Source: a virus (taxonomy: Duplodnaviria; Caudoviricetes). Taken from it: a DNA stretch of 61,379 nt. Shown here piece by piece: positions 18,351-27,700 of this stretch (position 1 is its first letter; the number at the start of each line of letters is the position of its first letter). The stretch covers positions 1-61,379 of the IMG/VR virus record IMGVR_UViG_3300036846_000573; one strand, written 5' to 3'. The position numbers and the translations under genes are program-made. Under the pieces are notes generated by a model that was given only the letters and a program-made list of their open reading frames with translations, made no database searches and had not been told where the DNA came from.

Positions 18351-19346
18351 ATGAGCGACGATGTTACGCCGAGCACATCAACCACACCCACGCCGATCAC
18401 GATGCGCGAGGCGCTCGACGAGCTAACGTTTATCGAGAGATTGACCAAGCGCGACATGGACGCGGCCAAGCTGCTGGGCGAGGCCGAGGTCAGATATCTC
18501 GTAGACGCGTACTATATAGCACAAGAGGATCGAAAGCGCACCGCTGCCCAGGTCCGCGCGCTGACGACGATCACCGAGGCGCACCCCCACGCCGAGCCGA
18601 GCATCATCGTCAACTGGCTGCGCAGCCAGAACGACACGATCGAGGGGCAGATCAAGCGAGTTCTCGATGCGTATACACAACAGCATATCATGGGGCCGTG
18701 GATGCGCGACGTGTTTGGCATCGGCCCGGTGCTGAGCGCGGGTCTTCTCGCGCATATCTATATGGGCCTATGGTGCGCCGTCTGTCACGGTCACGACGAA
18801 GAAGACTGCCAGCGTCGGCAGAATAACCCTAAGCTTAAGCTATCAGAACATACGTACCAGCCGGTCGAGAGCCTCCCGACAGTCGGTCATATCTGGGCAT
18901 TTGCGGGAATTGCCGGCAAGGATCAGAAGCCTTGGGGCAAGAACCAAAAGCGGCCCTACAATGCCAAGCTGAAAGTCTTGCAGTGGAAGGTCGGGCAGTC
19001 GTTTATGTGGTTCAGCTATAACGGCAAGTGCTACTATGGTCAGGAGTACCGCCGCCGCAAAGAGTACGAGATCGCGCGCAACGTGCCCGGCGGCTGGAAC
19101 GCAGCGGAAGTCGAGCGCCGGCTGAACGACAAGATGCGTAAGCCGACAGAGGATGCGATGAAGTATTTATCCCAGGGCATCCTGCCACCAGCGGCGATGG
19201 ATGGCAGGGCCAGACGTTACGCCACTAAGAAGTTCCTAGCGCATATGCATAATGTGTGGTTCGAGAAAAAGTTTGGCCGTCCTGCGCCGCTGCCCTACCC
19301 GATCGATATACTCGGCCACGCGCATTACGAGCCACCGCCTGTCTAA
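18351..19346 (+). CDS. tasA: Nop-domain / IS110 C-terminal-like RNA-binding protein, TasA-like, no nuclease domain
   Basis: Coiled coil, FGIGPVLSAGLLA, IWAFAG, YNAKLK, RARRYATKKFLAH; no RuvC/DEDD or HNH motif; lies directly after array 2. Confidence 0.8.
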   Translation: MSDDVTPSTSTTPTPITMREALDELTFIERLTKRDMDAAKLLGEAEVRYLVDAYYIAQEDRKRTAAQVRALTTITEAHPHAEPSIIVNWLRSQNDTIEGQIKRVLDAYTQQHIMGPWMRDVFGIGPVLSAGLLAHIYMGLWCAVCHGHDEEDCQRRQNNPKLKLSEHTYQPVESLPTVGHIWAFAGIAGKDQKPWGKNQKRPYNAKLKVLQWKVGQSFMWFSYNGKCYYGQEYRRRKEYEIARNVPGGWNAAEVERRLNDKMRKPTEDAMKYLSQGILPPAAMDGRARRYATKKFLAHMHNVWFEKKFGRPAPLPYPIDILGHAHYEPPPV

Positions 19347-19379
19347 ACTCCTTACCACCCTTACCCTAATGGAGCTACC

Positions 19380-19769
19380 GTGCCAATGTCACCAAGCGAG
19401 ATGATCGACAAGTACATTAAATTAAGAAACGTTATAAATAAGATCAAGGACGATCACAAGACACAACTAGAGCCCTACACCAATGTGATGAACCAACTCG
19501 AAACTGAGATCCTGCGCCACCTCGACGATACTAACTTACAATCTATCAGCAGTCCGAGCGGCACGGCGTTCAAGCAGATTGCTACGAGCGTTGTCGTGAA
19601 GGACTGGCCGCAAACCCTGGGTTATATCCAGCAATACGAACTATGGGATCTGCTCGAAGCGCGGGTCTCGAAGACAGCGGCGCTCGAAGTCGTCGAGGAA
19701 ACTAAAAAACCAATCCCGGGCGTGCAAATATCCCAGGCGGTGGTTGTGCGAGTGCGCGTATCATCGTGA
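19380..19769 (+). CDS. Hypothetical replication-module protein
   Basis: RBS; helical N-terminus. Confidence 0.75.
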   Translation: MPMSPSEMIDKYIKLRNVINKIKDDHKTQLEPYTNVMNQLETEILRHLDDTNLQSISSPSGTAFKQIATSVVVKDWPQTLGYIQQYELWDLLEARVSKTAALEVVEETKKPIPGVQISQAVVVRVRVSS

Positions 19770-19797
19770 AGCTACCACAGTTCAACAGGAGACAGCT

Positions 19798-20853
19798 ATG
19801 TCACTAATACCATTAGACTCCAACCGCATACCGGCGGCGTTCGCCGGGCGTCGGTCGACGATGCTCGACAATGCCCGTGCGGGCGTGCAGAGTTCGTTTG
19901 CCGTAATCAGTGTTAAAGGCCGCGTGTGGAGGACCAAGCACCGAGGGGAGGAAACGCCTGTGCTGGATGCGCGCGGCCAACCGGTAGCAACACTCGAAGT
20001 TGTTATCGTTGGCGTCGCGCCCAATGTCAGCAAGACGTTTTATCAAAAGGGTTTTGTCGAGGGCAGCGACGACTCACCGGATTGTTTCTCGCTCGACGGG
20101 ATCGCGCCCGACGCAACTGCGCCTAAGAAGCAGAACGAGACCTGCGCTACGTGTCCGCAGAATATGTGGGGTTCGCGTGTCACCGACAACGGCAAGCGGG
20201 CCAAAGCCTGTTCCGACCAGCGGCGCATCGCGGTAGTGCCGACGGGCGACATCCTTAATAAGAACATGGGCGGGCCGATGTTGCTGCGTCTGCCACCGAC
20301 CTCGCTTCCCAACCTCGCTTCCTACAGCGATTTTTTGGAGCGCAAGGGCGCCGACTTCCCCTACGTCGCAACGAGGTTGGGGTTCGATTACGACGTCGCG
20401 TATCCGAAGGTCAGCTTCGACGCGCTGGGATATCTCGACGATGCGCAAGCCGCGCAAGTCGTCGAGGTGATGAGCAACCCGCTGATCGACAGGATGCTCT
20501 ACGAAGCAGCCCCTACCGAGTTGGGAGCCGCAGTGGCGGCGGGCGTTAAGCCGGGCGGGCAGGTTGTCCCGATGGCGCGTCCGGCGATAGGTCCAGCAAC
20601 GGTGCCGGCGGCTCCCCCGGTAGCGACGCCTCAGAAGGTGCCGTACAATCCGTTCGCGACGGCTGCGCCAGCAGAGCCTGCACCTACATCGCCACCGCCG
20701 GCCCCGGTCATCGAACAGCCACCCACAGAAACTGTCGAGGCAACCCCGGCTCGGGCTTCCAACAGACGGCGGCAGCCGTTACCTTCGCCGATCACCGCGC
20801 CGCCCGATCTGGCGGGGGCAATCGACGACCTGCTCGACGAGCAGTCGGCATAG
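19798..20853 (+). CDS. Putative ssDNA-binding/annealing protein
   Basis: PDCFSLDG..CATCPQN..KAC; Pro-rich linker; acidic tail; start ATG 19798. Confidence 0.6.
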   Translation: MSLIPLDSNRIPAAFAGRRSTMLDNARAGVQSSFAVISVKGRVWRTKHRGEETPVLDARGQPVATLEVVIVGVAPNVSKTFYQKGFVEGSDDSPDCFSLDGIAPDATAPKKQNETCATCPQNMWGSRVTDNGKRAKACSDQRRIAVVPTGDILNKNMGGPMLLRLPPTSLPNLASYSDFLERKGADFPYVATRLGFDYDVAYPKVSFDALGYLDDAQAAQVVEVMSNPLIDRMLYEAAPTELGAAVAAGVKPGGQVVPMARPAIGPATVPAAPPVATPQKVPYNPFATAAPAEPAPTSPPPAPVIEQPPTETVEATPARASNRRRQPLPSPITAPPDLAGAIDDLLDEQSA

Positions 20854-20889
20854 AGCCGCTACTCCAGAGAGAACCGCAAGCAATGAGCG
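20853..20889 (+). ncRNA. Solitary TIGR-like guide unit
   Basis: GAGCCG-ctactcca-GAGAGAACCG-caagcaat-GAGCG. Confidence 0.85.
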
Positions 20890-20902
20890 CTAGATAAAAA
20901 AT

Positions 20903-20941
20903 CGGCGGGTTCGAGCTACCACCCTCGAACCCGCCGCATTT
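20903..20941 (+). terminator. Terminator-like hairpin after the solitary guide
   Basis: CGGCGGGTTCGAG-8 nt-CTCGAACCCGCCG then CATTT. Confidence 0.65.
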
Positions 20942-20975
20942 GATCCACCCCGGTGGCCTGTGGAGCAGGCCCGTG

Positions 20976-23858
20976 ATGAACCTAGAACAATTCCTCGACC
21001 GCCTTGTTGCACCGGGAAACTTCCTGGTCGTCGCCACAAAAGTGCCCAGTGGCATCGCCCATAGATTTATCCCGCGCAGTGACGTAGCCGGTGCGAGTAA
21101 CTTCATTAAGCACGTTTCGAGTAAAAATCAAGAGGTTTGGATAGCCTTAGCCAGCTACGTAACGAAGCGTAACCGGACTCAAGACAATGTCGAAGGTCTT
21201 AAGGTATTCTGGATGGATGCCGACATCCAGCGTATTGGCGATGGCAAAGATCCCTCAAAAGTATTCGCTGATCGTCGCGAAGTTTTAACCTGGGTAAAAC
21301 ATTTCTGTAATACGACTGGCATTCCCCGGCCCAATTTATGGGTCTGCAGCGGCTATGGACTGCACCTTTATTGGACATTCGAGAACGCGCTGACCAAGGA
21401 TGATTGGCAGCCTTATGCCGACGCGTTGAAGACTGCGCTCATACAGGACAGAGCGAAGGGCGACACCAGCATCGTCGCCGACAGTGCACGCATCCTGCGC
21501 CCGATCGAGAGTTTTAACTTCAAGGACCCGGCCAATCCTGCGCCGACCTATGAGTTTTATCCCGACCGGCTGACACAGCCCGACTATCCGAACGGCAAGC
21601 TGCTCGGTGCGTTGGCGGCGTTGCCTCACTACGGTAGTGGGGTTACCCGCCTTCCGCTTCCCAACCGCGCCTCACCCGGGCAGACACCGATGACCGCCGC
21701 CGCGAAGGCCGGCCTCGCGAAGCGCCCGTATAGTTTTGAGATCGTCGCATCTAAGTGCGCGCAGGTACGGAAGTCGTTGGACGAAGGCGGCGCTCACGAC
21801 GGGCGACAGATCTGGTGGAGGATGGTAGGGCTCGCATGGTTCTGCCAGGACGGACGGGAGTTCGCGCACCGGGTCGGTAACCAGCACAAGGACTATACCC
21901 AGGCCGGCACCGACAAGGAGTTTGACCGGCTTAGTGGTGAGCATGCTGCGAAAAAATTTGGTGCGCCAACCTGCAAGGCGTTCGATGCAGAGCGGCCCGG
22001 CATCTGCCCTGGCTGCGAGTATTACAATACGATCGACTCCCCGTATACGCTGGGGGTTGTCGAGAATACGACACCGGACGCTATACCCAGAGGATGGCAG
22101 CGTCATAATGGACACATCGAGCGTAAAAACAAAGATGGCAACTGGGTCACGCTCATACAGGGCGATGTCAGGAACGCCTTTCTCGAACGCATTAAGGACC
22201 ATTACCGCATCACCTTTGACTATCTTAGTAATCAGGGGAGCAAGACCATTCAGGTTGAGGCTCCCGATATCGAGCAGCGCACAGCCAAGCTATTATTCAC
22301 GCTGCGCGGTGTGCCGCTCACCGTCGATAACTCACCGCATTTCGTGAGGCTGATCATGGCCTGGATAGACCTGCTGCGCAGTACGACGGCGACGATCCCC
22401 TATGCCGAGCCGATCCATCCCTTTGGCTGGGTTAACGATGCCGGTGGTGCGCCGCAAGGTCTCGCGGTCGGCGGCACTTATTACAAGACCGATGGCAGCG
22501 AAGAGGCTATCAGTGGCGGCGATGTGGGGATCACCGAGCGTTACCAGCCCACCGGCGTCCTGGCAAAATGGAAAGAGGCAGCGGAACTGGTGATCGGCGT
22601 CGCGCCGGAATTTCAAGTGGCGTTCTCGGTGGCGTTTGGCGCGCCGCTGATGGAGTTCTCCGGCGAGATGTGCCTGTGCCTGTCGTTTGTCGGCCAGTCC
22701 GGCCGTGGCAAGACGTCGGCTTTCCGGGCTGGCGCGTCGGTGTGGGGCGACCCGCGCAAGACGATGGGGCAACTCGACGACACCGAGAATTATATCTCCA
22801 AGCAAATAGGCAGCGTGCGCTCGTTCCCGGTCTACTGGGACGAGGTAAAGATCAACGACCGGCACAAGGCCCAGGATCTAAAGACCCTACTGCACAAGCT
22901 CACGCAAGGCCGGGATCGCGGCCGGCTGCAGCCGGACATCCAGGTGCGAGCGATGGGCGACTGGAAGACACTGTTTCCGTTTGCGTCCAACGACAGCCTG
23001 ATCTCTGCCCTCTCTAATACCCCGGGAGATAACAGCGCTACGTTGTTACGTCTCCTGGAGATCCCCGTCGATAGCGCGCCGCGCATCGTGCCCGACGTCG
23101 CCAAGGCGATGACCGTGTCGCAACTGGACAACCACTACGGCCACGCCGGGCGGGTTTTTATCAAGTGGCTGGTTGCCAACACCACGCTGGCGGCAAAGAT
23201 AGTCGAGCGCTGCAAAGTCGATTTAATCAAGATTACCCGGGCGACAAACGAGGAGCGGTTCTATATCGCCGGCGGCGCGGCTATCCTGGCCGGCGCCGGC
23301 ATCGCGCGCAAACTAAAGCTCGTAGATAATTTAGACATCGCGGCGATGCAGCGGGTCATCGTCGCGGCGATCCGGCGCGCCAAGGATCTGCGCACCGAGC
23401 ACGCGCCGACCGACCCGCGCGAGATCGCCGCGCAATGGCTGGAGAGGTTCTGCGATATTTATACGGGCGAGCGCATCGTGACCCGCTCGATCCCGACCAG
23501 CGGTGCGGCCAGCCTTGCCGCCGGGCAGGCGAAGTTTACAGTCTACCCGCCACTGTCAAATCGCCCATTGGCATTTCAAATAGGTGCCGACGACAAGATC
23601 ATGCGGATCAACAAAAATCTCTGGCGCGATTGGATATTATCCAAGGGCGGGTCACCCGACCGGCTGGAGGAGACCATGGAGAAATCCGGCTGGATGCTGC
23701 ACAGGCTAGCTCGCGGGCGCGGCAAGCTAGGTGCTAACACGCTGTTCCAGTCGCAGCAAATTCCCGTGATAGAGTTAAACCTGCAGCACCCCGACCTGAT
23801 GGGGTTTGCCCAGGATGGGGTTACGGCAACCAGTAACGTTATACAGATGCGACCTTAG
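20976..23858 (+). CDS. Primase-helicase (AEP/RepB-like primase, Cys cluster, DUF927/SF3-type ATPase)
   Basis: WMDAD, SGYGLHLYW, DSARILR, CPGC, Walker A GQSGRGKT, WDE; start uncertain (20940-20976). Confidence 0.85.
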   Translation: MNLEQFLDRLVAPGNFLVVATKVPSGIAHRFIPRSDVAGASNFIKHVSSKNQEVWIALASYVTKRNRTQDNVEGLKVFWMDADIQRIGDGKDPSKVFADRREVLTWVKHFCNTTGIPRPNLWVCSGYGLHLYWTFENALTKDDWQPYADALKTALIQDRAKGDTSIVADSARILRPIESFNFKDPANPAPTYEFYPDRLTQPDYPNGKLLGALAALPHYGSGVTRLPLPNRASPGQTPMTAAAKAGLAKRPYSFEIVASKCAQVRKSLDEGGAHDGRQIWWRMVGLAWFCQDGREFAHRVGNQHKDYTQAGTDKEFDRLSGEHAAKKFGAPTCKAFDAERPGICPGCEYYNTIDSPYTLGVVENTTPDAIPRGWQRHNGHIERKNKDGNWVTLIQGDVRNAFLERIKDHYRITFDYLSNQGSKTIQVEAPDIEQRTAKLLFTLRGVPLTVDNSPHFVRLIMAWIDLLRSTTATIPYAEPIHPFGWVNDAGGAPQGLAVGGTYYKTDGSEEAISGGDVGITERYQPTGVLAKWKEAAELVIGVAPEFQVAFSVAFGAPLMEFSGEMCLCLSFVGQSGRGKTSAFRAGASVWGDPRKTMGQLDDTENYISKQIGSVRSFPVYWDEVKINDRHKAQDLKTLLHKLTQGRDRGRLQPDIQVRAMGDWKTLFPFASNDSLISALSNTPGDNSATLLRLLEIPVDSAPRIVPDVAKAMTVSQLDNHYGHAGRVFIKWLVANTTLAAKIVERCKVDLIKITRATNEERFYIAGGAAILAGAGIARKLKLVDNLDIAAMQRVIVAAIRRAKDLRTEHAPTDPREIAAQWLERFCDIYTGERIVTRSIPTSGAASLAAGQAKFTVYPPLSNRPLAFQIGADDKIMRINKNLWRDWILSKGGSPDRLEETMEKSGWMLHRLARGRGKLGANTLFQSQQIPVIELNLQHPDLMGFAQDGVTATSNVIQMRP

Positions 23859-24061
23859 TACAACCTGGGGATAAACCTGTGAATGCCGGGGATAGAGTTC
23901 ACGCCGATGGCACCGCGTGCCCGCATCGACTTTAAAAAGTTGTTCGGGTTTGTCTCGTATTCTAACAACATGCGGGAGATCGTGCTGCAGTAGGCACGCT
24001 CTTCCTCGTCCGTTGTCGGGACTACAGGAAAACCCTTAAGGGTGTTGGCTGGCGGGTACAT
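23855..24061 (-). CDS. Hypothetical protein
   Basis: Last ORF of the late operon. Confidence 0.55.
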   Translation of the reverse strand: MYPPANTLKGFPVVPTTDEEERAYCSTISRMLLEYETNPNNFLKSMRARGAIGVNSIPGIHRFIPRLY

Positions 24062-24234
24062 TACCTGAGTTTAGATAACGTCTGGGCAAACCGCGCCCGC
24101 TGACCAACCTTGCCGCCTTTGGCGGCAGCCGCCCTTAGTTTGGATTTCGGGATCGGCTCGCCCTGCGGCACGCCGAGATCCTTGTGCAGTTGCCCGGGTT
24201 TCTTGATTGCCTTCTGGATGAAATTTTTTGCCAT
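24061..24234 (-). CDS. Small basic protein
   Basis: MAKNFIQKAIKKPGQLHKDLGVP...; RBS AAGGGG. Confidence 0.7.
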   Translation of the reverse strand: MAKNFIQKAIKKPGQLHKDLGVPQGEPIPKSKLRAAAAKGGKVGQRARFAQTLSKLR

Positions 24235-24374
24235 TACTTTTTCCCCTTTCTCGACTTGCCGGCTGTAGACATTGCGATAGCTATGGCTTGTTTCTGCGGA
24301 CGCCCGGCAGCCATCTCGGTTTTTATATTTTCCGATATGGTTTTTCTGGAGGAGCCTTTCTTTAAGGGCATAGC

Positions 24375-24605
24375 TCACCTCTCATTAAGCAACCGCCGAA
24401 CCTCGGCGCAGGTCTCGATCACCGCAAAAAACTTATGGTCGGACAGATGCACCAGACAGCGCGCATCAGGATGGGATGTTCTGCCGGGATCGCTGCCATG
24501 GCGTGGCTGGACCAAAGTCGTAATCTCTGCCGGGTTCACATAAACCTCACCCCCATCGAGCCGGTGCAGCATAATAAGCTGCAACGCCGCAAGGAGTTCG
24601 ATCAT
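24375..24605 (-). CDS. FlbD-like small protein
   Basis: LIMLHRLDGGEVYVNPAEITTL...VIETCAEV resembles the FlbD family pattern. Confidence 0.5.
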   Translation of the reverse strand: MIELLAALQLIMLHRLDGGEVYVNPAEITTLVQPRHGSDPGRTSHPDARCLVHLSDHKFFAVIETCAEVRRLLNER

Positions 24606-24769
24606 CTAATCGCGGCACCAAACACCGCCCACCCGAGAATAAAAAACAGGACAAAAGGCAGCGGCCAGATAGCGTAGGCCGGCGCTGGCACACTGGGCCA
24701 CCAATGCCACCAGAACAGGAATATCACCCACAGCAACATCAGTATCCAGAACACCAGCGCGAGTGTCAT
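24602..24769 (-). CDS. Two-TM membrane protein, holin candidate (55 aa, absent from the ORF track)
   Basis: MTLALVFWILMLLWVIFLFWWHWWPSVPAPAYAIWPLPFVLFFILGWAVFGAAIR; GGAGG RBS. Confidence 0.55.
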   Translation of the reverse strand: MTLALVFWILMLLWVIFLFWWHWWPSVPAPAYAIWPLPFVLFFILGWAVFGAAIR

Positions 24770-24779
24770 CACCACCCTC

Positions 24780-27700
24780 CTAAAATCGCATCGAATCTTC
24801 CATGAAGCGGCGCTGTTTCGGGCTGACCTTCAGACCATAATCCTCTGGCTTGCGAAGCTGATCGCGCTGTTGTTTCTGTGCCTTGTATAACTCTGAGTAA
24901 TTTATTCTCTCGCCCTCGTGCTGGTTGTCGGCGTTGAATTGATCGACTGCCGTCCTGTCGCCCGAGCGCAACCACGCATCGATCGCGTGTTGTCGGTCTT
25001 CTTGGAGGTAGTTGCGGGCCTGTATGCCGGCATTACGTCTGTCGTAGAAGTACGCGTTGGGGTTAAGCCCGATCGCGGTGCCGACCGTACCGGCGACGGT
25101 TGTCTCGCCCGGCTCCCGGATCACCGCGCCGCGACTGTCGGTGAGACCGGTCGCGCGCTCGTTGTAGGCACGGAAGATGTCACGCGTAACGCGCGGCTGC
25201 AGTTGATCCACGGCCTTGGCGTAATTGCCGTTGATCAGATTGTGCAAACCGGCCTGAACCTGGGTTGCCGCCGCCATTGCTGGACCGCCAACGGCATTAC
25301 CAACCATCATGCCAAAGCCTTTAGCATCAAAGCTCTCCGGCCCTTTGATACCGCCCATGTTTGACAACCCGATATTTGTGTGCACGTCGAACCCGGCGAG
25401 ACCTGCCGCGCCGCGCGACAGGAACAAACTCATTGGCTCGCCCCAGCGCTCAGCCATCCACCGCCGCACCTCAGGCTCGCGGTCGCGCGGCTTATCGCGC
25501 CCTTCGATCCAGTCGAGCAGCCCGAACATGCCCGACACGCCGACGCCGAATACGTTACCGGTGACACCGCCGACCAGCGCGCTGTTCATCGCAATCAGCC
25601 CGGTGATCGCCTTGACCGCCTCGCGGCCTTCCGGGGTTTTAAAACTCATCTCTTTGGCGATGGCAGCCATCGTCGAGTAAAGCTGCATCGCGGTGACCTT
25701 GTACTGCATGATCGGCCCGGTCCAGCCTCCGAACGGACCTTGCTGCGTCGCCATGCGCGGGATGTTCCACGGCGCGACGCTGGGCGCGATGCGCCCCATC
25801 ATCTCCCGTGCGTGGTCCAACGACTCCGAGACGTTACCCTTGGTGTCGCGCATCGCCATATCGAACGCCGCCTTGGCAGCGGCAGACCGGTTCATGACAT
25901 CGACGGTGTGCTCGGCGACGGTAAACAGATCCATCATGTTATTGGCGAGGCGGCGTGCAACGCCGCCGGCTCCACCACCGGTCGTGTCGAACCCGCCGGG
26001 CTGTGCGAGGCGGCGCATCTCCAGCGTGATCGAGTGCGTGAAGGCGCCTTCGCGGTCCATCATGTCGACCAATGCCTGGGCATGCGCCGGGTCGCCCATC
26101 GATGCCTGTAGGCGTTTTAACATGACGCCGCGCATGTCCCAGTTCGACGTCTTCATGTCGCTGTGCATGACCGTCGCCATGTTGTGCAGACCCTGGCGCC
26201 ACGCGGTCGGTGCGACATCCAACAGCGACTTGGTCAGCATCACAGCGGTGCGGCCATAGCCAAACCGCGCTCCGAGATAAGCCATCGCGCGGATGTTGGT
26301 CTCGACCGCTTGCAATACCGGGTGCGCCACGCGCATCAACTGCATGGTAAAAGCCAGCCGGCTGACGCCGCGCCCCAGCTTGGCTGCGAGCGACATCGAC
26401 CGGTCGCCATCTATGGGTGTCGCCCGCTGCGTCATCTCGTGCAGCGCGTCGTTGCCCCGCTCGTACTCGGCCTGACGCGTCAGACCCTGGTTACGCAGCG
26501 ACGTAACCTCGCGGCGCATCGCCGACAACGCGGTCGTTTCCTCGCCGCCATGCAGCAGATGCCCGACACGCGAGGCGGAGCTAAGCGTGTCCATGTAGAG
26601 GACTTTGGCGGCGTCGGTCGTCGCGCCCTTGATGCCTTGGCGGCGCGCGCGGGTGCGCGCCTGCTGCGAACTGGTGGCGTTGCGCAGGCGCAGCCCTACC
26701 ATTTCATCCCTGACCGCCTTGATCTGGTCGGTATCGAGGCGGTAGCGCTGCATCTGGTTGATGGCTTTGTCGGAGACCCCGCTGTCCTTTAAGTCCTGCA
26801 CCTCCTGGGGTGATAGCTTGGTGCGGGACTGCAGGGCTTTATCGAGGTTCTCGATGGTCCCTTCGGGCAAAGCATTCCTGGCGTTATAGGCTTCCTTGCG
26901 CGCAACGCCGTGCACGTCGCTCGCCCCTTCGTCTTCGAGTTGCCGGGCACGCGCCATGGCTTCGCCGCGCCGCTCGAACATCTCGACGCCGTAGCTCTCC
27001 GGGTGCTCCTTGTCGCCCCAGCTTACGATGTAGTCGCCGTAGCGGCGCTGCGGGAAGTAATCCCCCTCGATCCACCCGTTGCGCCATTCCTTGGCGAGCG
27101 CCTGGGCAAACGCCCTGCTGTTCTGCCAGCGCTCACCGACCGCATCGGCGATCGGGCTGGCGTCGGGGTTGCTGATAAAGTCTTCCAGCGCGCGGCGGCT
27201 CTTGAACGTATTTTCTAAAATGCCGCGCTCGGCTGGGGTCCAGTCGGCGAATGTCCGGTCGGCGATGGATTTAAAGACCGCCTGCTTCTCCTCGACATCC
27301 ATCGCGCGATGCATGTCTTGCAGTTCTTTGTATAACCCACGCTCGGGCGCCGGCAGGTTGTCGTAAGTTTTCTGTAAGTTCTCAGCGACCTTTAGCTGCT
27401 CAGAATTAAGATGCGCGTTGTCGGCCAGAAAATCTTTACCGCCTAGTCTAGCTGCGACACCATAGGTCGCGCCGCGCTTGGTCGGCAGCACGCCGACATC
27501 GACGATAAGCTGTCTGAAATCGTCACTCGCTTGCTGGATGCGGTGGCCCATGTCTTGGACCTTGTCGCCCCAGCGGCGCATGAACTCCTCGGTCTCGTGA
27601 AACGCGTTCTTCTGCGCCTCGTGCACCTTCTCGATGCTCGGCGTGACGTCCTTGTTTGCCTCGACCAGATCCTTGGTGGACCGGAACGGGCTGACCGTGC

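Noticed and set aside
18351-19346. IS110 transposon
   Set aside because: No N-terminal DEDD RuvC domain and no element ends; better explained as Tas-like
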